The notes below the pieces were generated by a model. The model saw only the letters and a list, made by a program, of their open reading frames with translations, made no database searches and had not been told where the DNA came from. A stretch of DNA of 64,000 nt, taken from the NCBI GenBank assembly GCA_963708025.1, contig CAVPSB010000031.1, forward strand, positions 1 to 64,000, given 5' to 3'. This stretch comes from an uncultured Candidatus Rokubacteria bacterium (GTDB taxonomy: Bacteria; Methylomirabilota; Methylomirabilia; Rokubacteriales; DASRDR01). This document shows positions 54,279-64,000 of this stretch, in pieces; position 1 is the first letter of the stretch; the number at the start of each line of letters is the position of its first letter. The position numbers and the translations under genes are program-made.

Positions 54279-55199
54279 GTGAGTCCCCGCTACGTTCTGC
54301 GCAAGCTCGGCCAGGGCCTCCTCATAGTGTGGGGAGTCTCGACGATCGTGTTCGTCGCGGTGCGGCTCTCCGGCGACCCGGTCACCCTGATGGTCTCCGA
54401 CACGGCGGGGGCGGCGGTGGTGGCGGCGATGCGGCAGGCCTACGGCTTCGACCGGCCGATCCCCGTCCAGTACCTGGGGTTCCTCGGGCAGGTCGCCCGC
54501 GGGGACTTCGGCGAGTCGCTGCAGTTCAACCTGCCCGCCCTCGGTGTCGCGGCCGGCCGGCTCCCGGCCACGCTCGCCCTGGCGCTGGCCTCGCTGGCGG
54601 TCGCCATCCTCGTGGGCTTCCCGGCGGGCATCCTGGCCGCGATCTACCGGAACACCTGGCTCGACCGGACGGCGATGCTCCTCGCACTCCTCGGCCAGTC
54701 CACGCCGACGTTCTGGTCCGGCCTCATCGCCATCCTCCTCTTCGCCGCCTGGTGGCGGCTCTTGCCGGCCTCGGGCGGCGAGACCTGGTCGCACCTCATC
54801 CTACCGGCCTGCACGCTGGGCTGGTTCTCGGCGGCCAAGGTGAGCCGCGTCCTCCGGTCGGCCGTCCTCGAGGCGCTGGCCGCGGACTTCGTCCGCACCG
54901 CGCGGGCCAAGGGGCTCGGGACCGCGTCCGTCTTCCTCCGCCACGTCGTCCAGAACGCCCTCATCTCGGTCACCGCGCTGCTGACGCTCGAGTTCCAACT
55001 TCTGCTCGGTGGGGCGATCGTCACCGAGACCGTCTTCGCGTACCCCGGCATGGGCCGGCTGGTGATCCAGGCGGTCGGGACCCGCGACTACCCGCTCGTC
55101 CAGGCGGTCGTGTTCCTGTTCAGCTTCCTGCTCGTGCTGACCAACGTCCTCGTCGAGCTGTGCTACCCGTGGCTGGATCCGCGCATCGCACGCCAGTGA
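54279..55199 (+). CDS. ABC permease (DppB-like)
   Basis: GDFGES; FVRTARAKG; ETVFAYPGMG. Confidence 0.95.
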   Translation: MSPRYVLRKLGQGLLIVWGVSTIVFVAVRLSGDPVTLMVSDTAGAAVVAAMRQAYGFDRPIPVQYLGFLGQVARGDFGESLQFNLPALGVAAGRLPATLALALASLAVAILVGFPAGILAAIYRNTWLDRTAMLLALLGQSTPTFWSGLIAILLFAAWWRLLPASGGETWSHLILPACTLGWFSAAKVSRVLRSAVLEALAADFVRTARAKGLGTASVFLRHVVQNALISVTALLTLEFQLLLGGAIVTETVFAYPGMGRLVIQAVGTRDYPLVQAVVFLFSFLLVLTNVLVELCYPWLDPRIARQ

Positions 55200-56041
55200 C
55201 GCGGCGACGCCGGCTCCGGACGCCCGGCGTCCTGGCGGCGGCCGCCGTCCTGCTGCTCGTCTCGACGTGGGCGGCCGCCCCGCACCTCGTCACCTCGGCC
55301 AACCCGCTGCGCGGCCGGCTCATCGACAACTTCCAGCCGATGGCCGGGCTGGCGGGCGGGAGCCTCGCCCACCCGCTGGGCACCGACAGCCTGGGGCGCG
55401 ACGTGTTCGCGCGGATCGTCCATGGCGCCCGGCCCTCACTCGTGGTCGGGGGGACGGCGGTGCTCCTGGCCGGGTTCCTCGGAGTGGCCGCGGGCCTGCT
55501 GGCCGGCTACTTCCGGGGAGGCTGGGACGCGGTCCTCATGGGGGCGGCCGACATCCAGCTCGGCTTCCCGTTCCTGCTGATGGCCATCACGCTGGCGGCT
55601 CTCTTCGGCGCGGGGCTCCGGACGGCGGTCCTGGCCCTGGTCCTCACCGGCTGGGTGCCATATGCGCGGCTGACGCGGGCCGAGCTGCTGAGCTTGCGCG
55701 AGCAGCCGTTCGTCCAGGCTGGCCAGGCGCTCGGCGCCTCGCCGGGGCGGCTCCTGCTCCGCCACATCCTGCCCAACGTCGCGCCGACCGTCGTCGTCGT
55801 CGCCACGTTCTCGTTCGCCCAGATGATCATCCTGGAGTCCGCGCTCAGCTTCCTGGGCCTGGGGATCCAGCCGCCCCAGCCCTCGTGGGGCAGCATGCTG
55901 AGCGACGCCCGCAACTACCTGGTGACGGCGTGGTGGGCCGGCGTCTTCCCGGGGCTGGCCATCGTGGCGACCGTGCTCTCGGTCAACGTCATCGGCGAGC
56001 GGCTCCGCGAGGTGCTCGACCCCCGCCTCCGCGGCGTGTAG
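55196..56041 (+). CDS. ABC permease (DppC-like)
   Basis: HPLGTDSLGRD; HILPN; LSFLGLG. Confidence 0.95.
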   Translation: MTRRRRLRTPGVLAAAAVLLLVSTWAAAPHLVTSANPLRGRLIDNFQPMAGLAGGSLAHPLGTDSLGRDVFARIVHGARPSLVVGGTAVLLAGFLGVAAGLLAGYFRGGWDAVLMGAADIQLGFPFLLMAITLAALFGAGLRTAVLALVLTGWVPYARLTRAELLSLREQPFVQAGQALGASPGRLLLRHILPNVAPTVVVVATFSFAQMIILESALSFLGLGIQPPQPSWGSMLSDARNYLVTAWWAGVFPGLAIVATVLSVNVIGERLREVLDPRLRGV

Positions 56042-56257
56042 CCGAGGGCCATGGGATTACGCTCGGCGGGACGTCCTTCTCAGTGAGCGCGGGTCGGGGC
56101 CGCGGATGCGGCCTGGCCGCACTCCTCCGGCAGCCGGACTCCGCGGAAGAGAAGGCCAAGCTCGAGGAGCTGCTGAACGACGAGAACATCGCCCGAGCGC
56201 TTCGCGCTGCGCCGTAGACAGGGCAGGCCTCGGCCTTCCGTCATCGCCGGGATCCGG

Positions 56258-56490
56258 TTGGGCCAGGCCTCCCACGGCCTGGGCCGCTATGCCGAGGCGG
56301 TGGAGGCGCTCCGGGCGACCGTGCGCGCGCTCCCGGGCGACCTGTCGCGCGAGACCTACGGCCTATCCGCCCCGCCCGCGGTGATCGCCCGGACCTGGCT
56401 CGCCTGGTGTCTGGCCGAGCGCGGGAAGTTCGCCGAGGGCGAGCGCCACGCCGAGGAGGGGCGCGCGATCGCCGAGCAGATGAACCAGAA
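56258..56490 (+). pseudogene. TPR fragment of the SARP/adenylate-cyclase type
   Basis: GDLSRETYG...PAVIARTWLAWCLAERGKF parallels ~5200-5360. Confidence 0.7.
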
Positions 56491-56491
56491 G

Positions 56492-57592
56492 CTACGGCAT
56501 GCCCTTCATGGCCACGCGGGCGTAGTAGCGCTTGTCACCCAGCGCGTCCACGCGCGCCCAGAAATCCGGCGGCGAGGCCAGCCCTAGCTCGTTCACCCCG
56601 GCGCGCTGCCGCCAGATGCACCAGGACTCCGGGTGGAGCCGGCTCGCCTCCTGGAGCCAACGGTCGCCTTCCTCGCGCTCGCCCTGCCGGATCAGGAGCT
56701 GCCCCAGCCGGAACATCGCATGGCCCCGCACGGTGTCCTCCGTGGGCACGGCGAGGTGGCCGCGCGCGGCGTCCGCGTCGAACGCGTGCTCGCTCTCGGC
56801 GCCGTGGCGCACCCAGTCGCGGATGGCGTCGAGGTAGGTCGCTCTCGCCTGGGCGGTGAGGCGGGTCGCGTCCTCGGGCATCTCCCGGGTCTGGCGGTTC
56901 ATCTTGCGGAAGCCTTCGTAGGCGCCGGCCGGCTCCGCCGGCCGCACGATCTGCCCGCCCTCGTCGATCCAGACCGCCTGCGGCACGTTGACCATGTGGT
57001 AGAGGTCGGCGAGACGATGCTCGCGGTCGATCAGGTTGACGTAGCTGGGCCGGGCGGCCTCGATCCATTTCGACGGATCGCCGTCCCGGCTGTCCATGGC
57101 CACGGCGACGATCATGAAATTGCGGCCCTCCAGCTCCTCGTACAGCGCCTGCCACACGGGCAGGTCGCGGCGGCATCCTCACCACGAGGCCCACGTGACC
57201 AGCAAGACCTTCCTGCCGCGATAGTCGGAGAGCGAGTGCAGGCGCCCACCGGGGTCCGGCAGCGTGAAGTCGGGCGCCTGGAGGGAGCGCAGCGCGGCCG
57301 CGCGATCCCGTGCGCTCTGACCGAGCACCCAGGCATGGCCGCGCGCGCTGTGCACGACGGGTCGCCCCAGGTGGTGCCAGAGCGCGGCGATGTTCACGCG
57401 CGCGTCGCGGACGAACTCCCGCTCCCGGCCCGGCGGGAGCGGGACGCAGACAGGGCCCCGGCACAGACCCTCCGTCTTCGGCACCCAGCCCGTGGCGGCT
57501 TCGGCATCCCGCGCGGGAAGCCAGAGCGCGTCCCCGACGGCCTCGGCCTCGCGCACCACGAACTCGCCCTCGTCGGTCATCACGGTGATCAT
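56492..57592 (-). CDS. ResA/AhpC-TSA-like selenoprotein (WASW-U-GC); UGA at 57181-57179
   Basis: APDFTLPD..GRKVLLVTWASW*GCRRDLP read in one frame; hairpin after the UGA. Confidence 0.85.
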
Positions 57593-57606
57593 GTGATTCT
57601 CCTCAG

Positions 57607-58452
57607 CTATCCCCGCAGCCCCGTCGTCGAGATGCCCTGGACATAGTACCGCTGGAGCAGGAAGTAGAGCAGCAGCACGGGCAGACTGGCGGAGACGACC
57701 GCCGCCAGCAGGTAGTTCCAGAACGTCACGAACTCGGTGATGTACTTGGCGAGCGCGACCTGGACCACCGTGTACTCGGGGGAGGAGGTCGCCGCCAGCG
57801 GCCAGAAGAAGGCGTCCCACTGGCGGATAAAGGCCAGCAGGCTCGCCGTCACCAGAGCCGGCTTGACCAGGGGCAGCGCGATCCGCCAGTAGATCCCGAA
57901 CCACCCGCAGCCGTCGATCCGGGCCGCGTCGACCAGCTCCTGGGGGATCTCCTGGAAGAACTGGCGGAGCAGGAAGATCGAGAAGGCGTCGGCGACGGCG
58001 GGCACGATGAGGGCCCAGTAGGAATCGATCCAGCCGAAGTCCCGCACCACGATGTAGAGCGGAATCACGATGATCTCCAGCGGGACCATGAAGGTGACGA
58101 GCACGGCCACGAACAGGGGGTCCCGGCCCGGGAAGCGGAACCGGGCGAAGCCGAAGCCGGCCAGGGAGTTGACGAAGAGGCCCAGGGCCGTCACCGTCAG
58201 GCCCACGAAGAGGCTGTTGGCCATGTAGCGGTGGAACCGATCGGTGCCGAAGATGTAGGCGAAGCCGCCGAGCGTCGGCTCGCGCGGCACGAACGTCCAG
58301 AGCGAGAGCGGCCGGATGTCACGGAAGATCGCCGCGTTCTCCCGAAACGACGCGCCCAGCGCCCACAGGAACGGCAGCGCGGTGACCAGCGCGACGAGGA
58401 CGAGCGCGCCGTAGAGGAGGGTGGCCCGCAGCGGGCCGCGCCGGCGTTCCAT
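57607..58452 (-). CDS. Carbohydrate ABC permease (MalG-like)
   Basis: IPQELVDAARIDG. Confidence 0.95.
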   Translation of the reverse strand: MERRRGPLRATLLYGALVLVALVTALPFLWALGASFRENAAIFRDIRPLSLWTFVPREPTLGGFAYIFGTDRFHRYMANSLFVGLTVTALGLFVNSLAGFGFARFRFPGRDPLFVAVLVTFMVPLEIIVIPLYIVVRDFGWIDSYWALIVPAVADAFSIFLLRQFFQEIPQELVDAARIDGCGWFGIYWRIALPLVKPALVTASLLAFIRQWDAFFWPLAATSSPEYTVVQVALAKYITEFVTFWNYLLAAVVSASLPVLLLYFLLQRYYVQGISTTGLRG

Positions 58453-58455
58453 CGA

Positions 58456-59376
58456 TCAGTACTCGAAGCGGGCGCGCAGCACCCGGAACTGGAGGAACAC
58501 GACGATCAGCATGACCGCGAGGAGAACCGTCGAGACGGCGCTCGCGTATCCGAGCCGGAAGTAGACGAAGGCGTTGCGGTAGACCTCGAACATCAGGACC
58601 GTGGTCGTGTCGGACGGCCCGCCCTGGGTCATGATGTAGACCGGGGCGAAGAGCAGGAAGTTGATCGCCGTGTCGGCCACCACCACGAACACGATCGTCC
58701 GCGTGAGGAGCGGGAGCGTCACCCGCCAGAAGAAGGACCAGGGCGGGGCGCCGTCGAGCACGGCCGCCTCCCGGTAGACGGCCGGGATCGCCTGGAGGCC
58801 GGCCAGGAAGATGACCATCCAGTAGCCGACGCCCTTCCAGGTCACCATGGCGATCACCGCGGCCATGGCCTGCCGCGCGCTGGTGAGCAGGGGCTGGGGC
58901 GGCACCCCGAAGACCGCCAGCAGCGCGTTCACCAGCCCGTTGTCCGGGTTGTACATCAGGTCCCACACGATGCTGGCCACCACCAGCGAGATGACCGCGG
59001 GGACGAAGAAGATCGAGCGGAAGACGGCCATGCCGGGGAGCCGCCGGTTCACCAGCACGGCCAGGGCCAGGGCGAGGGCCACCTGGAGCGGCGTCACCAC
59101 CGCGTTGAAGAGGAAGGTGTTCCAGCACGCCCGCCAGAAGAGCGAGTCGCCGAACAGCTCCCGGTAGTTGCCGAGTCCGATCCAGCTCCGGCGCCCCGAG
59201 ATCGCCTCGTAGTCGAAGAAGCTGGCCGCGAGCCCGACCCCGATCGGGTAGAGCTTGAAGAGGGCCAGCCCGAGGAGGGCGGGCGCGATGAAGAGATAGG
59301 GCGCGGCGACCCGGGATATTCGAGCTGGGGGGGAGCGCCGCTCCGCCCCCAGCCCCCCCCAGCGGTCAGCCGCCAC
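58456..59376 (-). CDS. Carbohydrate ABC permease (MalF-like)
   Basis: AGLQAIP..REAAVLDGA; TQGGP. Confidence 0.95.
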   Translation of the reverse strand: MAADRWGGLGAERRSPPARISRVAAPYLFIAPALLGLALFKLYPIGVGLAASFFDYEAISGRRSWIGLGNYRELFGDSLFWRACWNTFLFNAVVTPLQVALALALAVLVNRRLPGMAVFRSIFFVPAVISLVVASIVWDLMYNPDNGLVNALLAVFGVPPQPLLTSARQAMAAVIAMVTWKGVGYWMVIFLAGLQAIPAVYREAAVLDGAPPWSFFWRVTLPLLTRTIVFVVVADTAINFLLFAPVYIMTQGGPSDTTTVLMFEVYRNAFVYFRLGYASAVSTVLLAVMLIVVFLQFRVLRARFEY

Positions 59377-59388
59377 GACCCGACACGG

Positions 59389-60672
59389 CTACTTCTTGTA
59401 GCGGCCGAGCACCGCGTCGATCCGCGCCACCGCGGTGTCCAGCTCCTTCTTCGCCTCGGCGCCGTCGATTACGTTCCGGATGGCCGCCCGCAGCAGGTCC
59501 TCGTACTCCCGCCACGCCGGCGTGCCGGGCCTTCGGATGGCCGTGTGCGTCACCTCGTAGTAGAAGAGGCTGTTCGGTGGCTGCTTGAACTCGTCGGGGA
59601 ACGCCTCGAAGGTCGACTTCCGCACCGGCGTGTAGTTCATGATCGTGAAGTTGTCTTTGGCCTGGCTCGCGTTCGCGTAGGCCAGGGCGAGCGCCGCCGC
59701 CTCTTTGGGGTGCTTCGTCTTCTTGAAGACCCCGACGTGCCAGGCCCCGGTCGGGGTCACCGGCTTCTTGAACGCGGGGTGCGGGGTGAGCGCCCACTTC
59801 GTCTGGGGGAACAGCCGCGGGATCTGCTTGACGTGCGGCGAGTTCGCCAGGAAGAGGGCGGCCTGTCCGCGGCCGAAGGCGTCGGGGATGGGCTTCTTGG
59901 GCGCCACCGCGTGCTTGTTGTAGAGGTCGCCGTAGAACTGGAGCGCCTCCACCGCCTCCGGGCTGTTCAGGAAGCCGGTCGTCTTCGAGCCGTCGGGGCT
60001 GATGGCCTGGGCGCCGTTGGACTGGAGCAGCGGCAGGATCTGGTAGGGCCGGTCGACCTGCTCGACGACGAAGCCGTAGACTTGGACCGTCCCGTCGGGC
60101 GCCTTCTTCGTGAGCTTCTTCGCCGCCTCGAGGAGCTGGGCCCACGTCCAGCGCTTGTCCGGGCTCGAGGGGGGCGTGATCCCCGCCTCCTTCACCATGT
60201 CCAGGTTGTAGAAGACGGCCTGGCTGGAGGACGACCACGGGAGCGTGAGGATCTTCCCGTTGTACGTCGCGATCTGGCGCTCCTGCTCCAGGAAGTCCTC
60301 CCAGTCCTTCTTGTCCACGTACTCGTCGAGCGGCAGGAGCACGTCCTGGTACGCGTAGCTGGCGACCAGCGGGCTGTCCACGTCGAACGCGTCGATGCCG
60401 CTCCCGGCCGCCATCGAGACCGAGACCTTCTGGAAGTACTGGTCGAAGGGGAGCTCGGACAGCTCCACCTTGATGCTCGGGTGGGCCTTCTCGAACCGCT
60501 CGACGACCTGGAGGATGGCCTGGCGGCGCGGCTCGCCGCGCGCCACCGAGAGGTACTTGAGGCTGATCTTCTCCTGGGCCGCGACCCGGGCCGGGCCGGC
60601 CAGCCCGGTCGTGGCGGCGGCGGCGACGGCGCCGCCGGCCAGGCGGGTGAACGCGCGACGGGTCATCTTCAT
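59389..60672 (-). CDS. Carbohydrate ABC substrate-binding protein, Tat signal
   Basis: MTRRAF; FEKAHPSIKVE; FYNLDMV. Confidence 0.9.
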   Translation of the reverse strand: MKMTRRAFTRLAGGAVAAAATTGLAGPARVAAQEKISLKYLSVARGEPRRQAILQVVERFEKAHPSIKVELSELPFDQYFQKVSVSMAAGSGIDAFDVDSPLVASYAYQDVLLPLDEYVDKKDWEDFLEQERQIATYNGKILTLPWSSSSQAVFYNLDMVKEAGITPPSSPDKRWTWAQLLEAAKKLTKKAPDGTVQVYGFVVEQVDRPYQILPLLQSNGAQAISPDGSKTTGFLNSPEAVEALQFYGDLYNKHAVAPKKPIPDAFGRGQAALFLANSPHVKQIPRLFPQTKWALTPHPAFKKPVTPTGAWHVGVFKKTKHPKEAAALALAYANASQAKDNFTIMNYTPVRKSTFEAFPDEFKQPPNSLFYYEVTHTAIRRPGTPAWREYEDLLRAAIRNVIDGAEAKKELDTAVARIDAVLGRYKK

Positions 60673-61727
60673 GGCGTGTCTCTCCTTCCCTGCGAGACCA
60701 ATTGAGGGGCGCCGGGCGATGGGCTCAATGCCCGTGTCAGGGCCGGCAGGAACCGCTGCTGGAAGCGGGGCTCGTCCACCTCGAGGGCGACGTCCACCGG
60801 GCCGCCGCGCGGCGGGCGGAGCCCGCCGGCGATGCCGGCCCGGCGCCCGAGCGTCTGGCCGTAGGTCGCCTCCCCGCGCAGCTCGACGCCGACCTCCAGC
60901 CGCTCGGTGCGCACCAGGCCCGGATCGAGCGCGACGGCGACCGCCAGCGGATCGTGGAGCCAGCAGCCGGGGATCCCGCGCCGCGCCTGGACGAAGCGGA
61001 TCCAGGGCTCGGTGGTCGTGCGGACCAGCCGGGCGGCCGGCGTGTCGGCGCCGGCAGCGTCCCGGAGCTGCTCCAGCGTCAGGTGCGTCCGGGTCGTCAC
61101 GTCGAGGCCGACCATCGTGAGCGGCGCCCCCGAGCGGAGGACGACGTGGAGGGCCTCGGGGTCGTTGGCGACGTTGAACTCGATCGGCGCGATGCCCGGG
61201 TGGTGGCAGTGGAGGTTCCCGCCCATGAAGACGATTCGCCGCACCGCCTCCGCCACCCGGGGCTCGAGCAGGAGTGCTAAGGCCACGTTGGTGAGCGGGC
61301 CCACCGGCACCAGGGTGACCTCGCCGGGTGACCCCATGACGGTCTCGACGATGAACTCCGCGGCCCGCCCCGGGCGGACCGCGAGCCGCGTCGTGGGGCG
61401 CGGGACATCGCGCCACAGCTCGTGGGCCAGCGGATCGTCGCGGCGGGCGCGGAGGAAGGCGGTGACCTCGGCCCGGTCGCGGACCAGCGCCCGGGCGGCG
61501 CCGGCGTGGACGGGCACGTCGGGACGCCCGAGCGCTTCCAGGGCGGCGAGCGTCGAGGGAACGGCCTCGTCCAGCTCCACGTTCCCGTGCACCACGGTGA
61601 GACCTTCGAGGGAGAGCTCCGGGCTCCCCAGCGCGAAGGCGATGGCCAGGACGTCGTCCACGTCGGCGCCGGGGATGCCGGCGCTCGGGTCCGTGTCGAG
61701 GATCACGCGGAGCGGTGCCGCGCCCAT
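60669..61727 (-). CDS. Nucleoside hydrolase (IUNH family)
   Basis: ILDTDP....DVDD; GPLTN; MGG; EFN..DPEA; LHDP. Confidence 0.95.
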   Translation of the reverse strand: MGAAPLRVILDTDPSAGIPGADVDDVLAIAFALGSPELSLEGLTVVHGNVELDEAVPSTLAALEALGRPDVPVHAGAARALVRDRAEVTAFLRARRDDPLAHELWRDVPRPTTRLAVRPGRAAEFIVETVMGSPGEVTLVPVGPLTNVALALLLEPRVAEAVRRIVFMGGNLHCHHPGIAPIEFNVANDPEALHVVLRSGAPLTMVGLDVTTRTHLTLEQLRDAAGADTPAARLVRTTTEPWIRFVQARRGIPGCWLHDPLAVAVALDPGLVRTERLEVGVELRGEATYGQTLGRRAGIAGGLRPPRGGPVDVALEVDEPRFQQRFLPALTRALSPSPGAPQLVSQGRRDTP

Positions 61728-61799
61728 GGTGTGACCGGTATGCAGGGTAGCGCGTCCTTGCCTGGGATCGCAACCCGGGGTACCGTTGACGGGCGGCAC

Positions 61800-62807
61800 A
61801 TGAAGACCATCATTACGTTCCTGGCCGTGTTCCTCCTCGTCGCATTCGGCGTGTTCGTCGTCCGTGAGACGGCCGCGGTCGTGGCATTGGCGCGCGATAT
61901 TCACCCGACGTTCGGCGACGTCACCTTGTGGGGGCTGCTCGTCGTCTACGCCGTGTGTCTCGTCGTCCCGGTGGTGCTGTTCCTACGATTGCCCAGGCCC
62001 TTGCGTCCACCGGCGGCGGGCTCCGACGGCCTCGACCGCCACCTGGGGCGCCTGGCGACCAGGCTGGCGCGCAACCCGCATCTGAGCGGGGCCGGCATCA
62101 GCGCGGATCGTCCCGGGGTCGAGCGGGCGCTCGGGCTTCTCGAGGAGCGAGCGGACCAGGAGATCAAGCGGGAGGCGTCGCTGGTCTTCCTGAGCACCGC
62201 GCTCTCGCAGTCGGGCCGACTCGATGGCCTGTTCGTGCTCATCGTCCAGATCCGGCTGATCTGGAAGATCGCGCACGTGTACCGGCAACGTCCGAGCGTC
62301 AGGGAGATGCTCCATCTCTACGCCAACGTCGGAGCGACGGTCTTCGCCGCTCAGTCCCTCGAGGATCTGGACGTCAGCGAGGTGGTGCAGCCGCTCGTCC
62401 CGCCCCTGCTGGAGGCCGCCGGCGTGGGCGCGACCGTCGTGCTGGCGCCCGTCGGCGCCGTCCTGGCGGATTGTCTGCTCCAGGGCACGGTCAACTCCCT
62501 GCTGACGTTTCGAGTCGGGTGCATCGCCAAGCGCTACAGTACCGGCATGCCGTTGCCGGCGCCGCGGCTCGTGCGCAAGGCGGCGACGCGCGAGGCCGCC
62601 AGGATGCTTGGCAGCGTGGTCGTCGAGCTCAGCCGGACCGTGAGCAAGGCCGTGTGGGATGGCGCCCTTCAGCTCCTGAGCGGGAAGGCCAGAGCCGCAA
62701 GCAGCCGGGTGATGTCCTTCGTCGCGTCGGGCCCGATCGGTGTCGCAGTCGCCGAGGCCATCAAGAAGGTGTCGTCCCGGGAACCGTCAGACAGTCCTAT
62801 CCCTTGA
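61800..62807 (+). CDS. DUF697/YcjF-like membrane protein
   Basis: TALSQSGRLDG; VYRQRP; GTVNSLLTFRVG. Confidence 0.75.
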   Translation: MKTIITFLAVFLLVAFGVFVVRETAAVVALARDIHPTFGDVTLWGLLVVYAVCLVVPVVLFLRLPRPLRPPAAGSDGLDRHLGRLATRLARNPHLSGAGISADRPGVERALGLLEERADQEIKREASLVFLSTALSQSGRLDGLFVLIVQIRLIWKIAHVYRQRPSVREMLHLYANVGATVFAAQSLEDLDVSEVVQPLVPPLLEAAGVGATVVLAPVGAVLADCLLQGTVNSLLTFRVGCIAKRYSTGMPLPAPRLVRKAATREAARMLGSVVVELSRTVSKAVWDGALQLLSGKARAASSRVMSFVASGPIGVAVAEAIKKVSSREPSDSPIP

Positions 62808-62969
62808 TCTCGCCGGACGCGATCCGGTCGCCGGCCTCGCCGCTCGGGCCGGTGGATGCAGTGGGTGATGAGCGCCCTCAGCGTACCCTTCCTCCTGGTG
62901 TTCCTGCTCATCGTGGCGGCGGGGTTGAACATGGCGCGACGACAGCTCGGGGTCGGCGGGTCCTGATTC

Positions 62970-63026
62970 GTGCCGACGATCTCGGGCCGGGGCCTCGGCC
63001 ACACCGGCGGCATCCTCGACAAGCTT
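62970..63026 (+). pseudogene. Thymidine/pyrimidine-nucleoside phosphorylase signature fragment
   Basis: VPTISGRGLGHTGGILDKL. Confidence 0.65.
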
Positions 63027-63195
63027 TTGGGCACTCGCGATTCCCTCGACTGCTCTCGATTCATCCAGTTCGCGCATCGAAAGTTCGAAAACCGCTCCCT
63101 CGCATGCCACGGGAGCCGGGCACGAGCCTTGCTTGTATCGACCCGGTGCCTGGACAGCCGTGCTCCGTACTCACACCAACCGATAGGACGGCCTC

Positions 63196-64000
63196 ATGAG
63201 CGTGAACCCCGGCGGCCCGGGTCCGACCCGTGCCGGGAGCGACGAGCCGCGCGACGGTGCCGAGCCCCGGCTGCCGCGCCTGACCGGCGGGCTCCGTCCG
63301 CTGGTCGAGCTGGCGGCCAAGACCCGGGCGCGCATCCACGCCAAGCTGCTGGCCGGCTTCCTGACCGGGGCGATGCTGCTGCTGAGCCTGGGCGTGCTGG
63401 ACCTCCTGGTCATCGACCGCATGAGCCGGCGGGTGGCCGAGCTGACGCGGCTCCAGGAGAAGGTTGACCGGTCCCGCCAGATGGAGCTCCTGATCACGGC
63501 CCAGAGCCACTACCGGGCCATGGCGATCCTGACCCGGGACGAGAGCAACAACGACAAGATCGCCCGGGCCAAGCAGAGCTTCACGGCCCACCTGGACGCG
63601 GTCGAGCAGCTCAGCGGGCCGCAGAAGGCCGACTTCTTCCGCAAGGTACGGGAGGCCGACGCACGGTACGCGGCCTCGAGCGCCCACACCCTCCATCTCT
63701 ACGCGTCGGGTGACCTGGCCGGCGCCACGACAGTTCACCTGGGGCAGGAGCACCCGATCTCCCACGAGCTCGAGGCGGCGATGAGCGATCTCCAGCGCGA
63801 GGCGGTCCAGGAGATGACCGAGGCGCGCCGGGCGTTCGAGGCCGATCGGAATTTCCTGGCCTGGTCGGTGGCCGCGTTCTCGGCGCTCAGCCTCGGCCTG
63901 GCGCTGCTGTTCGGATTCGTGCTGTCGTGGTCCTTCGTGCTGCCCGTCCGCAAGATCGAGGCGGTACTCCGGGCCATCGCGGCCGGCGATTTCGCGCGCC
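63196..64000 (+). CDS. Membrane sensor (four-helix-bundle + HAMP); runs off the window, output domain unknown
   Basis: KLLAGFL TM1, helical periplasmic region, TM2 then PVRKIE...IAAGDF. Confidence 0.8.
   Translation, partial: MSVNPGGPGPTRAGSDEPRDGAEPRLPRLTGGLRPLVELAAKTRARIHAKLLAGFLTGAMLLLSLGVLDLLVIDRMSRRVAELTRLQEKVDRSRQMELLITAQSHYRAMAILTRDESNNDKIARAKQSFTAHLDAVEQLSGPQKADFFRKVREADARYAASSAHTLHLYASGDLAGATTVHLGQEHPISHELEAAMSDLQREAVQEMTEARRAFEADRNFLAWSVAAFSALSLGLALLFGFVLSWSFVLPVRKIEAVLRAIAAGDFAR

Overview
Very GC-rich bacterial window. Gene content and palindromic repeats are reminiscent of Ca. Rokubacteria/Methylomirabilota, but that is my impression only. Many 1-nt frameshifts suggest long-read errors. 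The core is a four-level nest of mobile elements at 8.5-18.4 kb. An IS91/ISCR-like HUH transposase gene is split by two unrelated ~2.6-kb large-serine-recombinase (LSR) elements; the second LSR element carries an IS4 (9-bp TSD), and the IS4 right inverted repeat is itself split by an IS1111-type IS110 element. Junction reconstruction shows three things. (i) In both LSR elements the first small gene is cut by attP: its RBS+ATG lie at the far end of the element and join the gene body in frame only after excision/circularisation. (ii) The IS1111 non-coding region carries readable bridge/seek-RNA guides matching the IS4 IR and its own ends. (iii) Two further IS110 copies sit at the same base of the putative oriIS end of the IS91-like family. 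The rest of the window holds a SARP-type regulator with a divergent chain of two small ORFs and a delta-60 repeat gene, HicBA and Phd-PIN toxin-antitoxin pairs, an SBP-MCP-globin sensory unit, a lower-GC island (PqqD/RRE with a fused lasso-leader-like motif, HPr-kinase-like protein, four glycosyltransferases, nucleotidyltransferase), ABC transporters, a UGA-recoded ResA-like selenoprotein and many short gene fragments. No rRNA, complete tRNA or CRISPR array was seen.
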